Shown: positions 25,285-39,597 of the stretch, piece by piece
How positions within the stretch are numbered: position 1 is the first letter of the stretch
Layout: each line of letters opens with the position of its first letter
Assembly: GCF_006345805.1 (NCBI RefSeq)
Contig: NC_043013.1
Coordinates: 16,740,001 to 16,804,000, forward strand
Source: Octopus sinensis
Taxonomy: Eukaryota
Direction: 5' to 3'
Length of the DNA: 64,000 nucleotides
Notes under the pieces: generated by a model
Told to the model about the DNA's origin: nothing
What the model saw: only the letters and a program-made list of their open reading frames with translations
The model's database searches: none
Translations under genes and position numbers: made by a program

Positions 25285-26292
25285 ATACATTATATATATA
25301 TATATATTAATAAATAAAATAAAACATATGCATATATATAAACATATATGTACGTACCTACCTCTACATGTACATATACACGCATATATGAGTACAGGAC
25401 ACCAAAAGGACGTCGAACACAAAGAGAAACGAAAACATAGGCACAAACCAAAGGAACTGGACATTTTTTTAAAAACAGCAAAAAAATAAAGTACAGGACA
25501 ATTAACACAAAGAAAAAACCCCTTCTTCAGTCGCTATGGTTTCATCTACTCTACGTTTCGAAGGATAAAAGCGAGACGTATCTTCGACAAAAAACTTTCC
25601 TTCCTGCGAAAAGCAAATCAATTAAAATTCTGAGATCTTTTCGCAGAGGGGTAAAAAATGGTAACAAAAACAGGACAGTAACGGCAGTACAAATTATAAA
25701 CAGTAAAAGACAGGACAAGGAAAAACAAGATAAGAAGGGCTGTTAACGCCGAACGAAAAAAAGTATTGCGAACGCGGAATGTTTTATGAACGACGAGCGA
25801 AGCAAAAAGAATGTCGTCCATTACCTTGAGAGGGCCAGGCCAGAGAGACAGCAGCGGAAGTCACGTCGTGGGTGAACGAAGGAAGGGGAGGAGGAGCAAG
25901 AGAAAGGGAGAGAAGAAGGGGAATGGCTGCGAGGAAACCATGAAGAATGGAGAGAGGGAGAATTTTAATTGATTTGCTTTTCGCAGGAAGGAAAGTTTCT
26001 TGTCGAAGATACGTCTCGCTTTTATCCTTCGAAACGTCGAGTAGATGAAACCATAGCGACTGAAGAAGGGTTTTTTTCTTTGTGTTAATTGTCCTGTACT
26101 CTATTTTTTTGCTGTTTTAAAAAAAATGTCCAGTTCCTTTGGTTTGTGTCTATGTTTTCGTTTCTCATTGTGTTCGACGTCCTTTTGGTGTCCTGTACTC
26201 ATATATGCGTGTATATGTACATGTAGAGGTAGGTACGTACATATATGTTTATATATATGCATATGTTTTATTTTATTTATTAATATATTATA
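25285..26292. mobile_element. Penelope-like inverted repeat (arms about 330 bp, spacer about 335 bp)
   Basis: About 25305-25630 is the reverse complement of about 25965-26290. Flanked by (TA)n. Contains gaagga...tccttc GAAAC GT(A/C). Confidence 0.7.
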
Positions 26293-26328
26293 TGACGAAA
26301 CGCACGCACCCCCTTAAGTAAGATTATG

Positions 26329-26362
<34 letters not shown>

Positions 26363-28752
26363 ATATTATATATATATATATATATACAGACATATACATC
26401 ACATATATACATCGCATATAAACACACTACTTGCAACAGAAATTGGTGGTCTAAGATAGCATTGTTTAATAATCAAAAAATGTCATCTTTTTGGGAGTGG
26501 ATGTCATAATCGGATTTCGATTGTCAACCGGAAGAATGTATGTGCATGCATGTGTGCATATGCGTAAATGTGTGTATATATGTACATATATGCGTACATG
26601 TTTGTATATAAGAGTGCATATACGCATGTGTGTGTGTGTGAGTTCATGCATGTGTGCATGTGTGAGCGCGTGCTTGTGTGTATATGCGCAAATGTGTGTA
26701 TGCCTGTATGTGTGTGCACTTCTATGTGTGCAAGTGTGAATGTCTGCATGCATGCACGTGTGCGTAAGCATGTTTGTATATGTGTACATGTATTTCTGCT
26801 TGTGTGTATATATATATATAATATATATATATATATACATACATGTATGTGTACATATATGTGCATGTTTATATGAATGTATATACATGTGTACATATAT
26901 ATGTATGTGCATACATATGCATATAGATGTGCACATATATGTGTACAGCTGCGCTTGTGTGTCTGTGCACGCACGCACACGCGCGCGCGCGCGCGCGTGT
27001 GTGTGTGTGTGATTATCATGTTGAGTAATACAACGTAATTCAGCTCAGCTCAGTAAGCCTCTAAAAAGGAAAGAATTTAATTTCTTTACGAATGGGAAGA
27101 TTAAAAGGAAGTTCTGTATGCATATATATATGTATGTGTGTGTGCGTATGTGTGTGTGGGTGAGTGAGAGAGTATGTCTGCATGTATGTGTTTGTATGTA
27201 ATATCGTTTTCCTTTTTTCTTGCCTTTTATAATTCCCAGACATTAACATTAAGGACCGTGGGAAACTTCGAGGCCAAACAACAAAATTAAGATGATGATG
27301 ATGATGATGAGGATCATTTCTTTTATTTGCCAACAGGGCTTATTTATTTAATACAAAGCGTGTCACAAAAAATAAAAGGGTTATATGACGTGGTGTGATG
27401 TGATGAAAACGTAATGAAAAATATAGTTCAAGCGATATTAAAAATTTGATACAAATAAATAAAAATAAACAAAGGAAGAAATACAAATAAGGGACATCTA
27501 GCTTGTTACATAGGAATGATAATCCGCCACCTGGGTAGGATCAGACACCTTTTTCTTCAATCACTTCCGGAAACTGGATTTCCAAACTTCCCGCAAGCAA
27601 CTATGTCCCTAGCCGATCTGTGAAGTATCCTAAGGCCTTTTTCACTGCAAGTAGACTGTTAAAATGTTTCTTGGTTTTTAAATAAGAATAATAGTCATGG
27701 GCTGTTCTTCACTAATCAACACAGTATGCCCTACTGTTCGTCTTTTATCAGAGCCGGTATAATATCAAATTGTGTTTTCGTTTCAGATCGCAGTAAAATT
27801 CCCAACACCCCATAGAGGGTTATCCTCCTTAATGAGGGACATCCAGTCTTTTGACTGCTTTCTGTCTAAGTTCACTCCTTTTTGTACCGTTTTTTTTTAT
27901 AGTATTTTCCCTACCTTCTCCGTTTTTCGTCACCTCTACATCGTCATAAGACGATAGGATGTCACAAGTGACTGTGACTTCTGAACAGTACTGTACTTTA
28001 AAAGGAGCTACATTCCCACCTCGGTTACGCAGTGATCTATGTTTTCATCGGCTCCTGGTAATGAGAATGAGGCGATTTATTTCTCTTTGTTCTTTTCTTG
28101 ATAAATTTATCAGGCAAGGATGTACTACCTTTTGTTACATACCTAACATATGAATTTTCATTTTCATTTTCCTTGAGCTGACTCAAATCGAGTCACTTCT
28201 TTTTCTTTTACAATGTTAACAAACGTTTCGTTATTTAATTCAGAACCTCCTTCAACTCTTAATTTTGAGGGCACATTGAAAACCACTTTGTTTTTCTATG
28301 TGTAAACCTGTCACTTTTCTTTTGCCCTTTCTTGAATAAACTCTTCAGGCAAGGAGTCAATTGATTTCCTGACATACTGGTGCCTCTCCAGAACTCATCC
28401 TTTTTTGAGAGTTGACCCATATTCAACATGTTTGCATGTTTCTCAACACAGTTTGTGAAATTGTCATTTCTTTTCTGTATTGTGAAAATGTATAAGTCTA
28501 CTTGTTTAAGCGTCAGTATTTATTTAATTTTTTTTTCGCCAATTTTCTTATATCCATATTCTTGTTTACCAAATTTTCGGAAACATCTTTAAAATTTTGG
28601 ATAGCGAGAGCACAACAGAAGAAAAGGCCATATAGTTGAAGAAACGTACAAGAGAACGGATATTTAGAAAATGAAACACAGAAATATCTCAAGCCAAATT
28701 TTAGTTTTCCATCGCAAGATAAAACGGGTGGATACAAAAAATTTCAAAAGCG

Positions 28753-28815
<63 letters not shown>

Positions 28816-28887
28816 TAATAATAATAATAATTAGAAGAAGAAGAAGAAGAAGAAGAAGAAGAAGAAGAAGAAGAAGAAGAAGACGAA

Positions 28888-29104
28888 TCCTTTCTACTAT
28901 AGGCACAAGACCTGAAATTTTGTGGGAGGGTGTTAGTTGATTACATCGACCCCAGTACTCAACTGATACTTATTTTATCAACGCCGAAAGGATGAAAGGT
29001 AAAGATGACCACAGCAGAATTTGAATTCAGAATTTGAAAGACGGACGAAATGCCGCTAAGCATTTTGTCCAGCGTGATTCTAATGATTCTGCCAGCTCGC
29101 TGCC

Positions 29105-29105
<1 letters not shown>
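28888..29105 (-). mobile_element. SINE family A
   Basis: Reverse complement of family A, preceded by (AAT)n(AAG)n. Confidence 0.8.
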
Positions 29106-29159
<54 letters not shown>

Positions 29160-29160
<1 letters not shown>

Positions 29161-29808
29161 GTCTTCGTTCTTCAAAACGGTTCTGACCCTAAATGCAGAT
29201 TCTGCGACACATGTGACGAAACAATAGACCATCTCGTCTCGGGATGTCCTGTGCTGACACCAAACAAATACAAAAATCGCCACGGTAGTTTAGGACAGTA
29301 TTTATATTGGAAAATATGTAAACACTACAAAATTAACACTCCTGCTTACTGGTATGAACATCATCCTGAGCCAGTCGTTGAAGGTAAAAATGGCACTATC
29401 CTCTGGGATTTTCCAGTCAACACTGACAGAACGATCCAGGCTAATTGACCAGTCTAAGTAAATATAAAGACCTGGAAATTGAAATACAAAAGCTGTGGCA
29501 TCTTAAAACGAGAATTGTTCGTTATTGTAGGTGCCGTATGTATGACCAAAAAGGGATGTCAGAAACATCTTGATAATATCCCAGGAGAACCATGTCTCAG
29601 AGAAATAAAAAAAATGTGCTGACAAGTACTGCCCACAACCTTAGAAAAACCCTATCCATTTAAATATCTGTGTTGTATTACATGAAGATATTTCACTACC
29701 TCCCCTCCGCAAGCTCTCCGTCATATTGTAAAATCTCTTATCCTTCACTCGTCCCAGGACGCTGGGTGTATCTCGGCAAGTGACCGTAACAAGGATGCAG
29801 ATTAAAAG
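29160..29808 (+). mobile_element. R4/Dong-like RLE non-LTR retrotransposon 3' fragment
   Basis: CRFCDTCDETIDHLVSGC (CCHC), KNRH, ILWDFPVNTDRTIQAN, KYKDLEIEIQKLW. Flanked by (TAA)n on both sides. Confidence 0.85.
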
Positions 29809-30169
29809 TAATAATAATAATAATAATAATAATATAATAATAATAATAATAATGATGATGAGGATGATATGCATCAGGGCATATAATAAAATTATTCATA
29901 TACACACTTTTAAGGAGCAGCTACAGCAGCTGAGAAGTTTCGAAACCGAATCCACATTTTCCATGATTGTCAGATAATCATTTCTTTTCCCTCTCTCTGC
30001 ACTTGCAGATTAATTTGGATGAATTAACCTCTGAGACCTACTCTGGTCGTGGAAAGGTCAATGCTTTGTTTTACGTTGACCTATTTTTAATTGCTAAACT
30101 TTATATATATTCAGCCTGAACATATATATACATATTTATATATGTTCAGGCCTCTTTTGTTACTGCCTT

Positions 30170-30665
30170 CTGACCCACGAACACCTCCCCTTGTTATTGA
30201 AAATGTACACAAATATCAGCACAAGGATTACTGGTGGAACAGTCCCGTCAAAACATCTGTCAAGAGTAAGTATAACAAGCCGAACACTGATGTTTGAGAT
30301 AAACAAGAAAAGGTATGTACCGTCGTGGGAGTGAGCTGTCCTGCTGGCGTGAATATCTCCTTGAAAATCAAAGAGAAAGAAGACAACTATGGACAACTAC
30401 TTCAAAACCTCCAGCTTCTAAATCCAGATCACAAATTTATATTTATATCAATAATAATTGGAGTATCTGATTTTGTATGTAAATGCTTAACTGTCAATCT
30501 GGATAAGATTGGATTTTTCAGCAAAAGAAATCAACCAACTAACTCGCAATCTGTAAGCGGAACAGTAAAACTATGCAAGACGTTTCTCAGGCTTAAAATG
30601 TGACATTGTTTTCGTTATCTACATTCCAATGATGGAGCTTTGTATCTTTGTTAGAAACCAGCTCC
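30170..30665 (+). mobile_element. RLE non-LTR retrotransposon 3' fragment
   Basis: DYWWNSPVKTSVKSKYNKP...VSCPAGVNISLKIKEKEDNYGQLLQNLQLL...GTVKLCKTF, homologous to 47724-48369. Confidence 0.8.
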
Positions 30666-30669
30666 TTGA

Positions 30670-31126
30670 GGGTCTTGTGAGTGGATTTGATAGACGGAAA
30701 CTGAAAGCAGCCTGTCGTATATATACATATGTGTGTGTGTATATCTGTCTCCCACCACCCAGTAACTTAGCGGTTCGGCAAAAATTACCGATAGAATTAA
30801 GTACCAGGCTTAAAAAATAGTAATGGCTGTGATCCATTCTATTAAGAATTCGTCAAAGCGGGGCCCCAGCATGGCCGCAGTCTAATGACTGAAACGAAGA
30901 AAAGAATAAAAGTGTGTGTGTGTGTGTGTGTGTGTGTTCCCACCACTGCTTGACAACCAGTGCTGGTGTGTTTAGGTCCCTGTAACTTAGTGGTTCGGCA
31001 AAAGAGAACAATAGAATATGTACCAGGCTTTAAAAAATGATAATGGGTGTGATCGATTCCTTCGATTAGAAATTCTTCAAGGTGGTGCCCCGGCATGGCC
31101 GCAGCCTAGTGACTAAAACAAGTAAA
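30670..31126 (+). mobile_element. two tandem partial SINE family B copies
   Basis: Two GATAGAAT..AGTACCAGGCTT...CATGGCCGCAG..GACT(G/A)AAAC tails. Confidence 0.75.
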
Positions 31127-31888
31127 ATAATGTTGTAGAGCGGGGGAGTGGATGGAATGGCTGCCTGGTATTGGTCACTATGAGAACTACACTGCTATAC
31201 CTCACAAAGGCTTATATTTTCTTCACCTTTCCTCTTCTATTTCTACTACAATGTCTGTTAGACCTCCAGAGTTATGAACTACCTACGCCACCATGGCTCA
31301 ACCATTTTCTGGCATATCGTCAATTCTCTGGAAATTTCTTCTCGCCCACTTTATTTCCAACAACACATGTCGTTTTTGCAGCTGTACAACTGAACGTGAA
31401 CCGCATTAATCTGATTTTATGTCATGAGTCAGTCCTTAAATCTTTGCTGGAACCCATAAAGTATATAAATCAGTAACAACAACAACAACAACGATAATTA
31501 GCACAACAAAAACAACTGCAACGGCCATAGCAACAATAAGAACAACAGTCACAAGAGCAAGTATGTCGAATTAATCACACCCAGTGTTCATTATGTTTCT
31601 TAATCTTGCAGTAATTAGCTGTGCGTGTGGAGAAATCTCACGTAAATGCTTTACTAGCGTGTCACATCGGATCATGGCAGGCCTTTGTGTCTATCATTCC
31701 ATCACACACACACGCGCATGCACGCACATACACGCGTACACATAATCATATATATATATATATATTATCATAAGAGATATATAAAGATAGATATATATAT
31801 AGACATATGCTTAATACACACACACACACATATATTGTGTGTTTTGCTATTAAGTTAGACATGGCCTGGGCCAATACTGGCCGAAACG

Positions 31889-31979
<91 letters not shown>

Positions 31980-33282
31980 CACACACACATACATACACGC
32001 GTATGCATGCATGCATGTATGTATGTACGCATATGTCTGTTTCGGTATGCAAGTATATTTACACACTCACACAGACATACACACATACATACATACATAC
32101 ATACATATATACATGCATACATACACTCACACATACACATATACATGCATGCATACATATATGCGTACGTACACACATACGTATATGAGTGCGTACGTAC
32201 GTTTGCGCGTGTAATAATACAAATATATATGGTCGCGTGTGTGTGAGAGAGAGTTTGTATTATCCCTATATCACTGGCTTTACAGCTATAATTAAAACGA
32301 AAAACCCTTCCTTACCTACGACATCAAAGTCGACCCACCGAAAGGACCACGCTCCGCCTTTTTTTCTCTTTCAAACAGGTTCAAGCTATCACCGACAAGG
32401 AGGTACTTTTGTCCCTTCTCTAATTTGTCTTTGAAAAGCCCATTCCACCCCGTTGTAAAGAGAGGCGCGTTGCGCTACAATCCAACAGTGCTGGAGCATC
32501 AGGTACCAATAAAATTTGACCTCCAACATTTGTCCTTAACGATGTATCTCCTGGAATACGTACAGCCCCTTCTAATGATGACGTTGATTTATTGTAAGTA
32601 GCTATCTCTTCGCAATAACTTGGTTTCATTCTTTAATGCCTTTAACTCTTTAGTCCTTTAGTTCATTTAGTTATTTGGTAATTCTGTTATTTTGTTGTTC
32701 CGTTATTCCGTTGTTCCGTTATTCCTTTTTTCCGTTATCCCATTCTTCCGTTATTCCGTTGTTCTGTTATTTCGTTATTTGGTGCTTTATATCTATTTTA
32801 TGTCATTAAAAGTGCACCGTCTTCTGCGGTCACTGGTTCATGGAGTTATCCGTACAGTCTGTCTGTGCAGTACATCCAGAATTGTTCATATTTATGGTAG
32901 TATTTAGCTCTTCTGAGGAAAGGTGGAGGATGGATAGAAATAGGGAGAGTGAATCGTTCGAGCGATAGGGCGATCAATGGCTACATGGATGGATGGTTAG
33001 ATAAATGGTTGCATAGCTGAATGATTTGATGGTTGGCTGGTTGGATGGATGAACAAATTGATAAATCGACAGCTTGACAGAGATGGCAAATGTTTAGTAA
33101 GCCTCGAGTGTTTAAGGCAAAAAATTCACCGATTTTAAGGATAAGGAAATGAGACTGCGTGACACTCATGCCTTTCCCAACACCTTTAGAAACATAAACG
33201 AAGAGGAAATCCTAGCCAGAATGCACTCTCTGGATCTAAAGAAACTTAATTCTGTTTTATGATGTCTGTCAACATGAATAGC

Positions 33283-33665
33283 CTTTTCTACTCTAGGCAC
33301 AAGGCCCTTAATTTTGGAGTAGGAGGCCAGTCGATTAGCTTGACCTCAGTGCGCAACTGGTACTTAATTTATCGATCCCGAAACGATGAAAGGCAAAGTT
33401 GACCTCGGCGGAATTTGAACTCATATCATAGACAGACGAAATACCGCTAAGCATTTCGCCCGGCGTACTAACTATTCTTATTTCTTTATTGCCCACAAGG
33501 GGCTAAACATAGAGAGGACAAACAAGGACATACAAAGGGATTAAGTCGATTACATCGACCCCAGTGCGTAATTGGTACTTAATTTATCGACCCTGAAAGG
33601 ATGAAAGGATGAAAGCTTAAGCATTTCGCCTGGCGTGCTAACGGTTCTGCCAGCTCGCCGCCTTC
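33283..33665 (-). mobile_element. tandem SINE family A copies
   Basis: Two GGTACTTAATTTATCGA cores, with a head at 33620-33663. Confidence 0.8.
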
Positions 33666-33829
33666 GTCAATGTGAATATCGCAAAATAAATAAATAAATA
33701 AATAAAATAAAGCATTTTTCATACAAAGAACAGAGGATGATAGACTGGTCTGAAACTTTTCATACACCAGATATCGTCAAATGTTGACAATAAAGTACTA
33801 TGCACATATACATACGTCCAAAATAAGGG

Positions 33830-34070
33830 TCAAAGTTGTTTCCCGAGCCAGAGGCTCATATGGCCGGTTTCCCGGATTCTGTAGAGTATAGAATCCCCAC
33901 TGGATGGGACGCCGGGCCGTCGCAGGATTACTAATTTTTGCCAACTGACTGGACTGGAGCAACAAGAAATGAAGAGTTATGCTCAAGAACACAACGCATC
34001 AGCCGGTTCAGGGATTGAAACCATGCTCTTACAGTGATAAGTGCAGCACCCTAACTAAGCCATGCGCCCA
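33830..34070 (-). mobile_element. tRNA-derived SINE
   Basis: Minus strand: GGGCGCATGGCTTAGTTAGGG...GGTTTCAATCCC...TTGTGTTCTTGAGC...CCTGCGACGGCCCGGCGTCCCATCCAG. Confidence 0.75.
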
Positions 34071-34071
34071 C

Positions 34072-34108
<37 letters not shown>

Positions 34109-34166
34109 AGAGAGAGAGAGAGAGAGAGAGATAAGGAGACAGAGACAGATAGATAGATAGATAGAG

Positions 34167-34235
<69 letters not shown>

Positions 34236-35123
34236 TACATGTATGTATATCTATCTATATATTCATGCATATAATACCTACCTATCTACATATATAAACA
34301 TACATATATGTATATGTATGTGCTTTACACACACGCGCACACGCACAAATATATATGAAACAAAAGTCAGCTAAAAGCAATAACTAAAAGACGCCAGTAC
34401 GTAAGCAACATGGGCAAATATAGGAATATCAATGACCACACGACGTAAATTCTTGATTTATTAAAATTATCTCTCCCTCTGGAAGATGTTTCACAGTTAC
34501 CAAATCGCATTTGACAACAAATTTTTATGAGAACGGATGATAACCTCAAGAATCAATAATCCTCCAAAGATGATATGCCATTAAAAAAAGGAAAGGTTTA
34601 TTGTTTGGAGGCAAGGGAATAGTCAAAAACACAAGTTTCTGATTCAATAGGTGTCATTTATGGAAACTGCAGTAAATTTGCTTCTGGAAGTTGAAATATG
34701 TCCCAGATTTATTTGAACTAATCTAAAATTTGTTTATTTTCTATCACTGCTTTGCAACACTACTTCTATACTTGATCAGACCGGGTGGTCTACGAGCGCA
34801 TATCTGTAACTAGTATTTATTGATTTATTATAAACGTTAAAGTTTTCTGTCAGCTCAAGGTTGCCTCTTTTTGATATCCGCTACTGAAGACGAAAAGCGC
34901 CAGAAATGCTCATCTAGCGGTTCACGGAGAATGCTTTGAGCTGATAATGGCGTAGTCACACCATTTATCATAAATGAGGATCTGTCTCCGCGTTGGTAAA
35001 CAACAATGAAATTGCCATTAAAAGTTGAAATATGCCCCAACATGCTTGAATTAGCCTAAAGTTTATATATACATACATACACATACACACACAGGTATAT
35101 ATATTTACATACATACACACATG

Positions 35124-35200
<77 letters not shown>

Positions 35201-35370
35201 GTACATATATCGGTAGTTATATATTTTCGTAGTTTGTATCATACTGACTTGTATTGGCGAAATACAAGGTAATTGCTGTTTTTTTTTTTTTTAAACTGGA
35301 ATATATTTAATTGACCCATATAAATTAATGATGTTATTAACCACATGCGTGTAGTGTATGTGTGTGATGA

Positions 35371-35417
<47 letters not shown>

Positions 35418-35457
35418 GCAACACAGCTAAAAATTAAACAAGTTTTATATTATTTTC

Positions 35458-35532
35458 TCCGGACACGATCGTGTTTCTAACGATCAAACGTTCATAAAAA
35501 CATATTAACACGTGATGCCTTCATCAGCGGAA
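35458..35532 (-). ncRNA. type I hammerhead ribozyme motif
   Basis: Minus strand: tccg CTGATGA aggcatca...tgatcgtta GAAAC acgatcgt GTC cgga. Stem III ACACGATCGTGT is a perfect palindrome. Confidence 0.8.
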
Positions 35533-37024
35533 TGCATCGTATGAGAACTTTACTCATTATATACACAATGTCATAGAATCCGAGGATATAAGGAAACAGC
35601 TGAAACACCAACATCATAAATACACTCAAATATACTTTGTAGACGTTACATAAATGCCTGAATCACGGAAATCAACATTATAAAAATGGAATTTAGAATG
35701 AACGCATAAAAATGAGGACAGTAGCTGAAAAATCCATGAACTGAATTGCAGCAACTGGGTACATGCTCTCCTTGTTAAACTTCATCACTAAAGAGTGAAA
35801 CAGCTGATAGATTGATAGAATATTCAATAGGAGTTTCCACGAATGAGTTTATGAAAATTTCTAAATTTTCTAATGTGGTGCTAATGACTGGTTGCTCATC
35901 ATCATTATTATCATCATCATCTTCATTAACATCATCAACATCGTCACCCCGTCGATGGATGAATTCATGCAACGAAGTGCGTATCAAATGCGCAGAGCAC
36001 ATCACTGCAATGACGATGTCCGTGTGTAAATTATTTACATTTTGAAGTCCACTTCTGTATTAGAATCACTTAATATTGGTATGTCATTCATTGTTAAAGA
36101 TTCTATTGTCATTTTGGTGTGTCAGCTGGTGAATCAATCTGTCTGTCTCATTAAGTTCTATTGGATTATTGTATTGGTTTCTTCAAAGACAGGATAGAAT
36201 AGACGATGGGGGAATGAAGGTTAGTAGAGGGTGTGCTGAAGGAATTCGTCTTTAGGAAACTGAAATTGATCGACTAAGCGCTGAAAATGGGACTCTGTGT
36301 GTGTGCGTGCGTGTATGTGTGTGTGTGTGTGGTTGTGTGCGTGCGTAAGTGAATGTGTGCGTGCGTAAGTGAATGTGTGCGTGAAGGGGGTGGGGATGTG
36401 TGTGTATGAGTGTGAGTGCGCGTGTGTGTGTGCGTGTGTGCGTGTGTGTGTCTGTGTGTGTATGTCTGTGTGTGTGTGTGTGTGTGTCTGTGTGTGTGTC
36501 TGTGTGTGTGTGGTTGTGTGCGTGCGTAAGTGAATGTGTGCGTGAAGGGGGTGGGGATGTGTGTGTGTATGTGTGTGAGTGCGTGTGTGTGTGTGCGCGC
36601 GTGTGTGCGTGTGTGTGTCTGTGTGTGTATGTCTGTGTGTGTGTGTGTCTGTGTGTGTGTGTGTGTAATGTCCGACGAAGCGATGACGTGAAAATCAATT
36701 CGCGAAATAGACACTTTCAATAAACGATACATATACACAAACATACGTGTGTGTATGTGTGTATATGTGTGTGTGTGTGTGAGTATATCTTTTACTTGTT
36801 TCTCTCACTGAATTGCGGCCATGCTGGGGCACCACCTTGAAGAGTTTAATCACACAAATCGACCCTAGTACTTACATCTATCTTTTGTAACCATTTTCTT
36901 ATTCCATCAAATCTGGTTTGCCAATCCGCTAAGTTACAGCGACGTAAATGAACCAACACCAGTTGTCATACACAAAGACATACATACATACAAACATACA
37001 TATATACAACCATACATACATACA

Positions 37025-37104
<80 letters not shown>

Positions 37105-37164
37105 CGTAATCAATTACAACATAAAACAAAACCTAATTTTCATAAGTGTATCTTGACTTTGACT

Positions 37165-37200
<36 letters not shown>

Positions 37201-37689
37201 ATGTGTGCGCACACGCACACACGTACACACACACACACACGCACACACACACACACACCTATATACACATACACACATAACGCTCGGTGCGCTACATCCT
37301 TGCCCATCACCCTATGCGCTTGTAAATCTTCACGCATTAAACCCCATAGATGAACAAAGCTAACAGCAAGAAGATTAAAGCAGTCTCAAGTTAAGCCCAA
37401 ATCACCAAGAAAAGAAAAAAAGATGACAAGTAATTATTAGTCAGTCCGGCTCAGGCATCGCTGTCGGGTACTTGTCTTTGAGACTGGTTTCATGTGCTCT
37501 CGTGCATGTGTTTGGGCGTTTGCGTGAATGTATGTGTATATATATTCATGTCTGTATGCGTAATATACACTGGGTCATCCCATAAATAATGCATTTTTTA
37601 TACTTCTATTTTTCGAAATTATCATAAATAAAGTTATTTTTTAATCTATTATTACACTCCCTAAAAGACTGAATGTTACTCATCTTAGG

Positions 37690-38605
37690 TGTAATAGTGT
37701 GAAGAGAACATTACGAGAAGAAATGAATGTCGCAGATATTGGGGAGGATTGGTCGACCCTTAAAAAGTGAGTTTATGATATAGGCAGGAAAGTTCTGGGA
37801 TTGGTGCTAAGAAAGCATCAAGATTGGTTTAAAGAAAATGATGAACATGTAGATGATTTATTGGCTAATAAAAGACGTACTTTGTCACGCTATTTGTCAG
37901 CAAAGCCACAGGAGAGAGATGTGTTACATAGGGAACTCACGGATGTGAAATCACGTGTGAGGCGGAGGCTCTCTCAGATGAGGGATACGTGGTGGAGTAA
38001 GAAGGCTGATGAGATACAGGCGGCGTCGGATTCCACTAACACAAAGCTGTTGTATGGTCTCTTGCGAGAAGTTTATGGACCGACTTCTTCTCTGATGACA
38101 CTACGTCGAAGCAGGGATGGTAAAGAGCTTCTTCGTGATTCACAAGGAATTCTGCGAAGGTGGCGAGAACACTTTGATGAACTTTTGAATCAGCAGTCTG
38201 TAGTTAGTGAGGATATTCTCAATTCCATCCCTGGGTTACCTGTGAAGACGGCTCTCGCGGAACCACCTATGTTGGAAGAAGTTGCGGTGGCTGTCTCAAG
38301 GATGAATAATGGGAGGTCTTTTGGTATGGATGGTATACATGCGGAGTTGTTACAGCATAGCGATGAGAAACTTCTACAACAACTTCACTCATTGTTTGGC
38401 AGGATATGGACTAGTGAATCTGTACCTGAGGACTGGAGAGATGTAGTAATCGTGGTCTTATATAAGGGAAAGAGCAACAGGAATGATTGTGGTAACTATT
38501 GCTTTCTGTCATAGGAAAGGTTTTATACAGGGTACTTCTGGATCGTCTGCTGAAACACGTTGCAGATTGTGTTCTTCCAAAAAGTCAATCTGGCTTTCGT
38601 GTGGG
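37690..38605 (+). mobile_element. RTE LINE internal fragment (linker plus RT start)
   Basis: KHQDWFKEND...WWSKKADEIQ...RRWREHFDELLN...GMDGIHAELL...VPEDWRDVVIVVLYKGK...DCGNY. Confidence 0.9.
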
Positions 38606-38674
<69 letters not shown>

Positions 38675-39099
38675 ATAACCCGTAGTATCTGTGGGAACCG
38701 GGTGGGTCATCCTTCTGGATTCATTTCTTCAGGCTTATGACATCAATGGATGTTTAACAGACGGTTGTTTATTCCTGTTGACCAGTGAGAAGAAGGTTGG
38801 TTGATATAAAGTTTCTGGAGCGTTTTTGCCCAGTTTGAAACGTTATTGAATCGGCAGCTTCCGAATTGTCTTCACGCCCCGACAACATTTTGTAAACTAG
38901 TCAGCTGTGACGAACAGTGTAAGCGTGTGCAAAGTGCTGTTATAGCCATCTCCTTTAATGTGGAAGAACAAAAGTTAGCAGGTCAGCTGATTAGATGCAT
39001 AGAAATAATATAATAAGATTACAGCAATCTACGACAGTTATGTCCATCTCAAAAAGTCTCAAATCTGAAATGCACTTGGTGTAATATCATTGTATGGTA

Positions 39100-39382
39100 T
39101 ACTCTTTTACTCGTTTCAGTCATTTGACTGTGGCCATGCTGGAGCACAGCCTTTAGTCGAGCAAATCGATCCCAGGACTTATTCTTTGTAAGCCTAGTAC
39201 TTATTCTATCGATCTCTTTTGCTGAACCGCTAAGTTACGGGGACGTAAACACACCGGCATCGGATGTCAAGCGATGTTGGGAGGACAAACAGACACACAA
39301 ACATATACACGCACGCACACATACACACACACACACACATACACACGCACACACACACATACACACACACATACATACATAC

Positions 39383-39432
<50 letters not shown>

Positions 39433-39597
39433 TGAGACGGGCTTCTTTCAGTTTCCGTCTACTAAATCCACTCACAAGGCTTTGGTCGGTCCGAGGCTAT
39501 AGTAGAAGACACTTGCCCAAGGTGCCACGCAGTGGGACTGAACCCGGAACCATGTGGTTGGTAAGCAAGCTACTTACCACACAGCCACTCCTACGCC
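39100..39597 (-). mobile_element. SINE family B with expanded internal microsatellite
   Basis: Reverse complement of 10507-10900. Confidence 0.9.

Noticed and set aside
31868-31895. ggcca atac tggcc GAAAC GTA next to (TA)n
   Set aside because: It resembles the 3' half of a hammerhead but has no CUGANGA, so it is too incomplete to call.
32379-32610. Good splice acceptor followed by a 70-codon open frame
   Set aside because: No recognisable protein similarity in any frame and no supporting neighbouring exons.
35775-36005. 76-aa acidic ORF
   Set aside because: The acidic run comes from a (GAT)n repeat. No recognisable domain or splice support.
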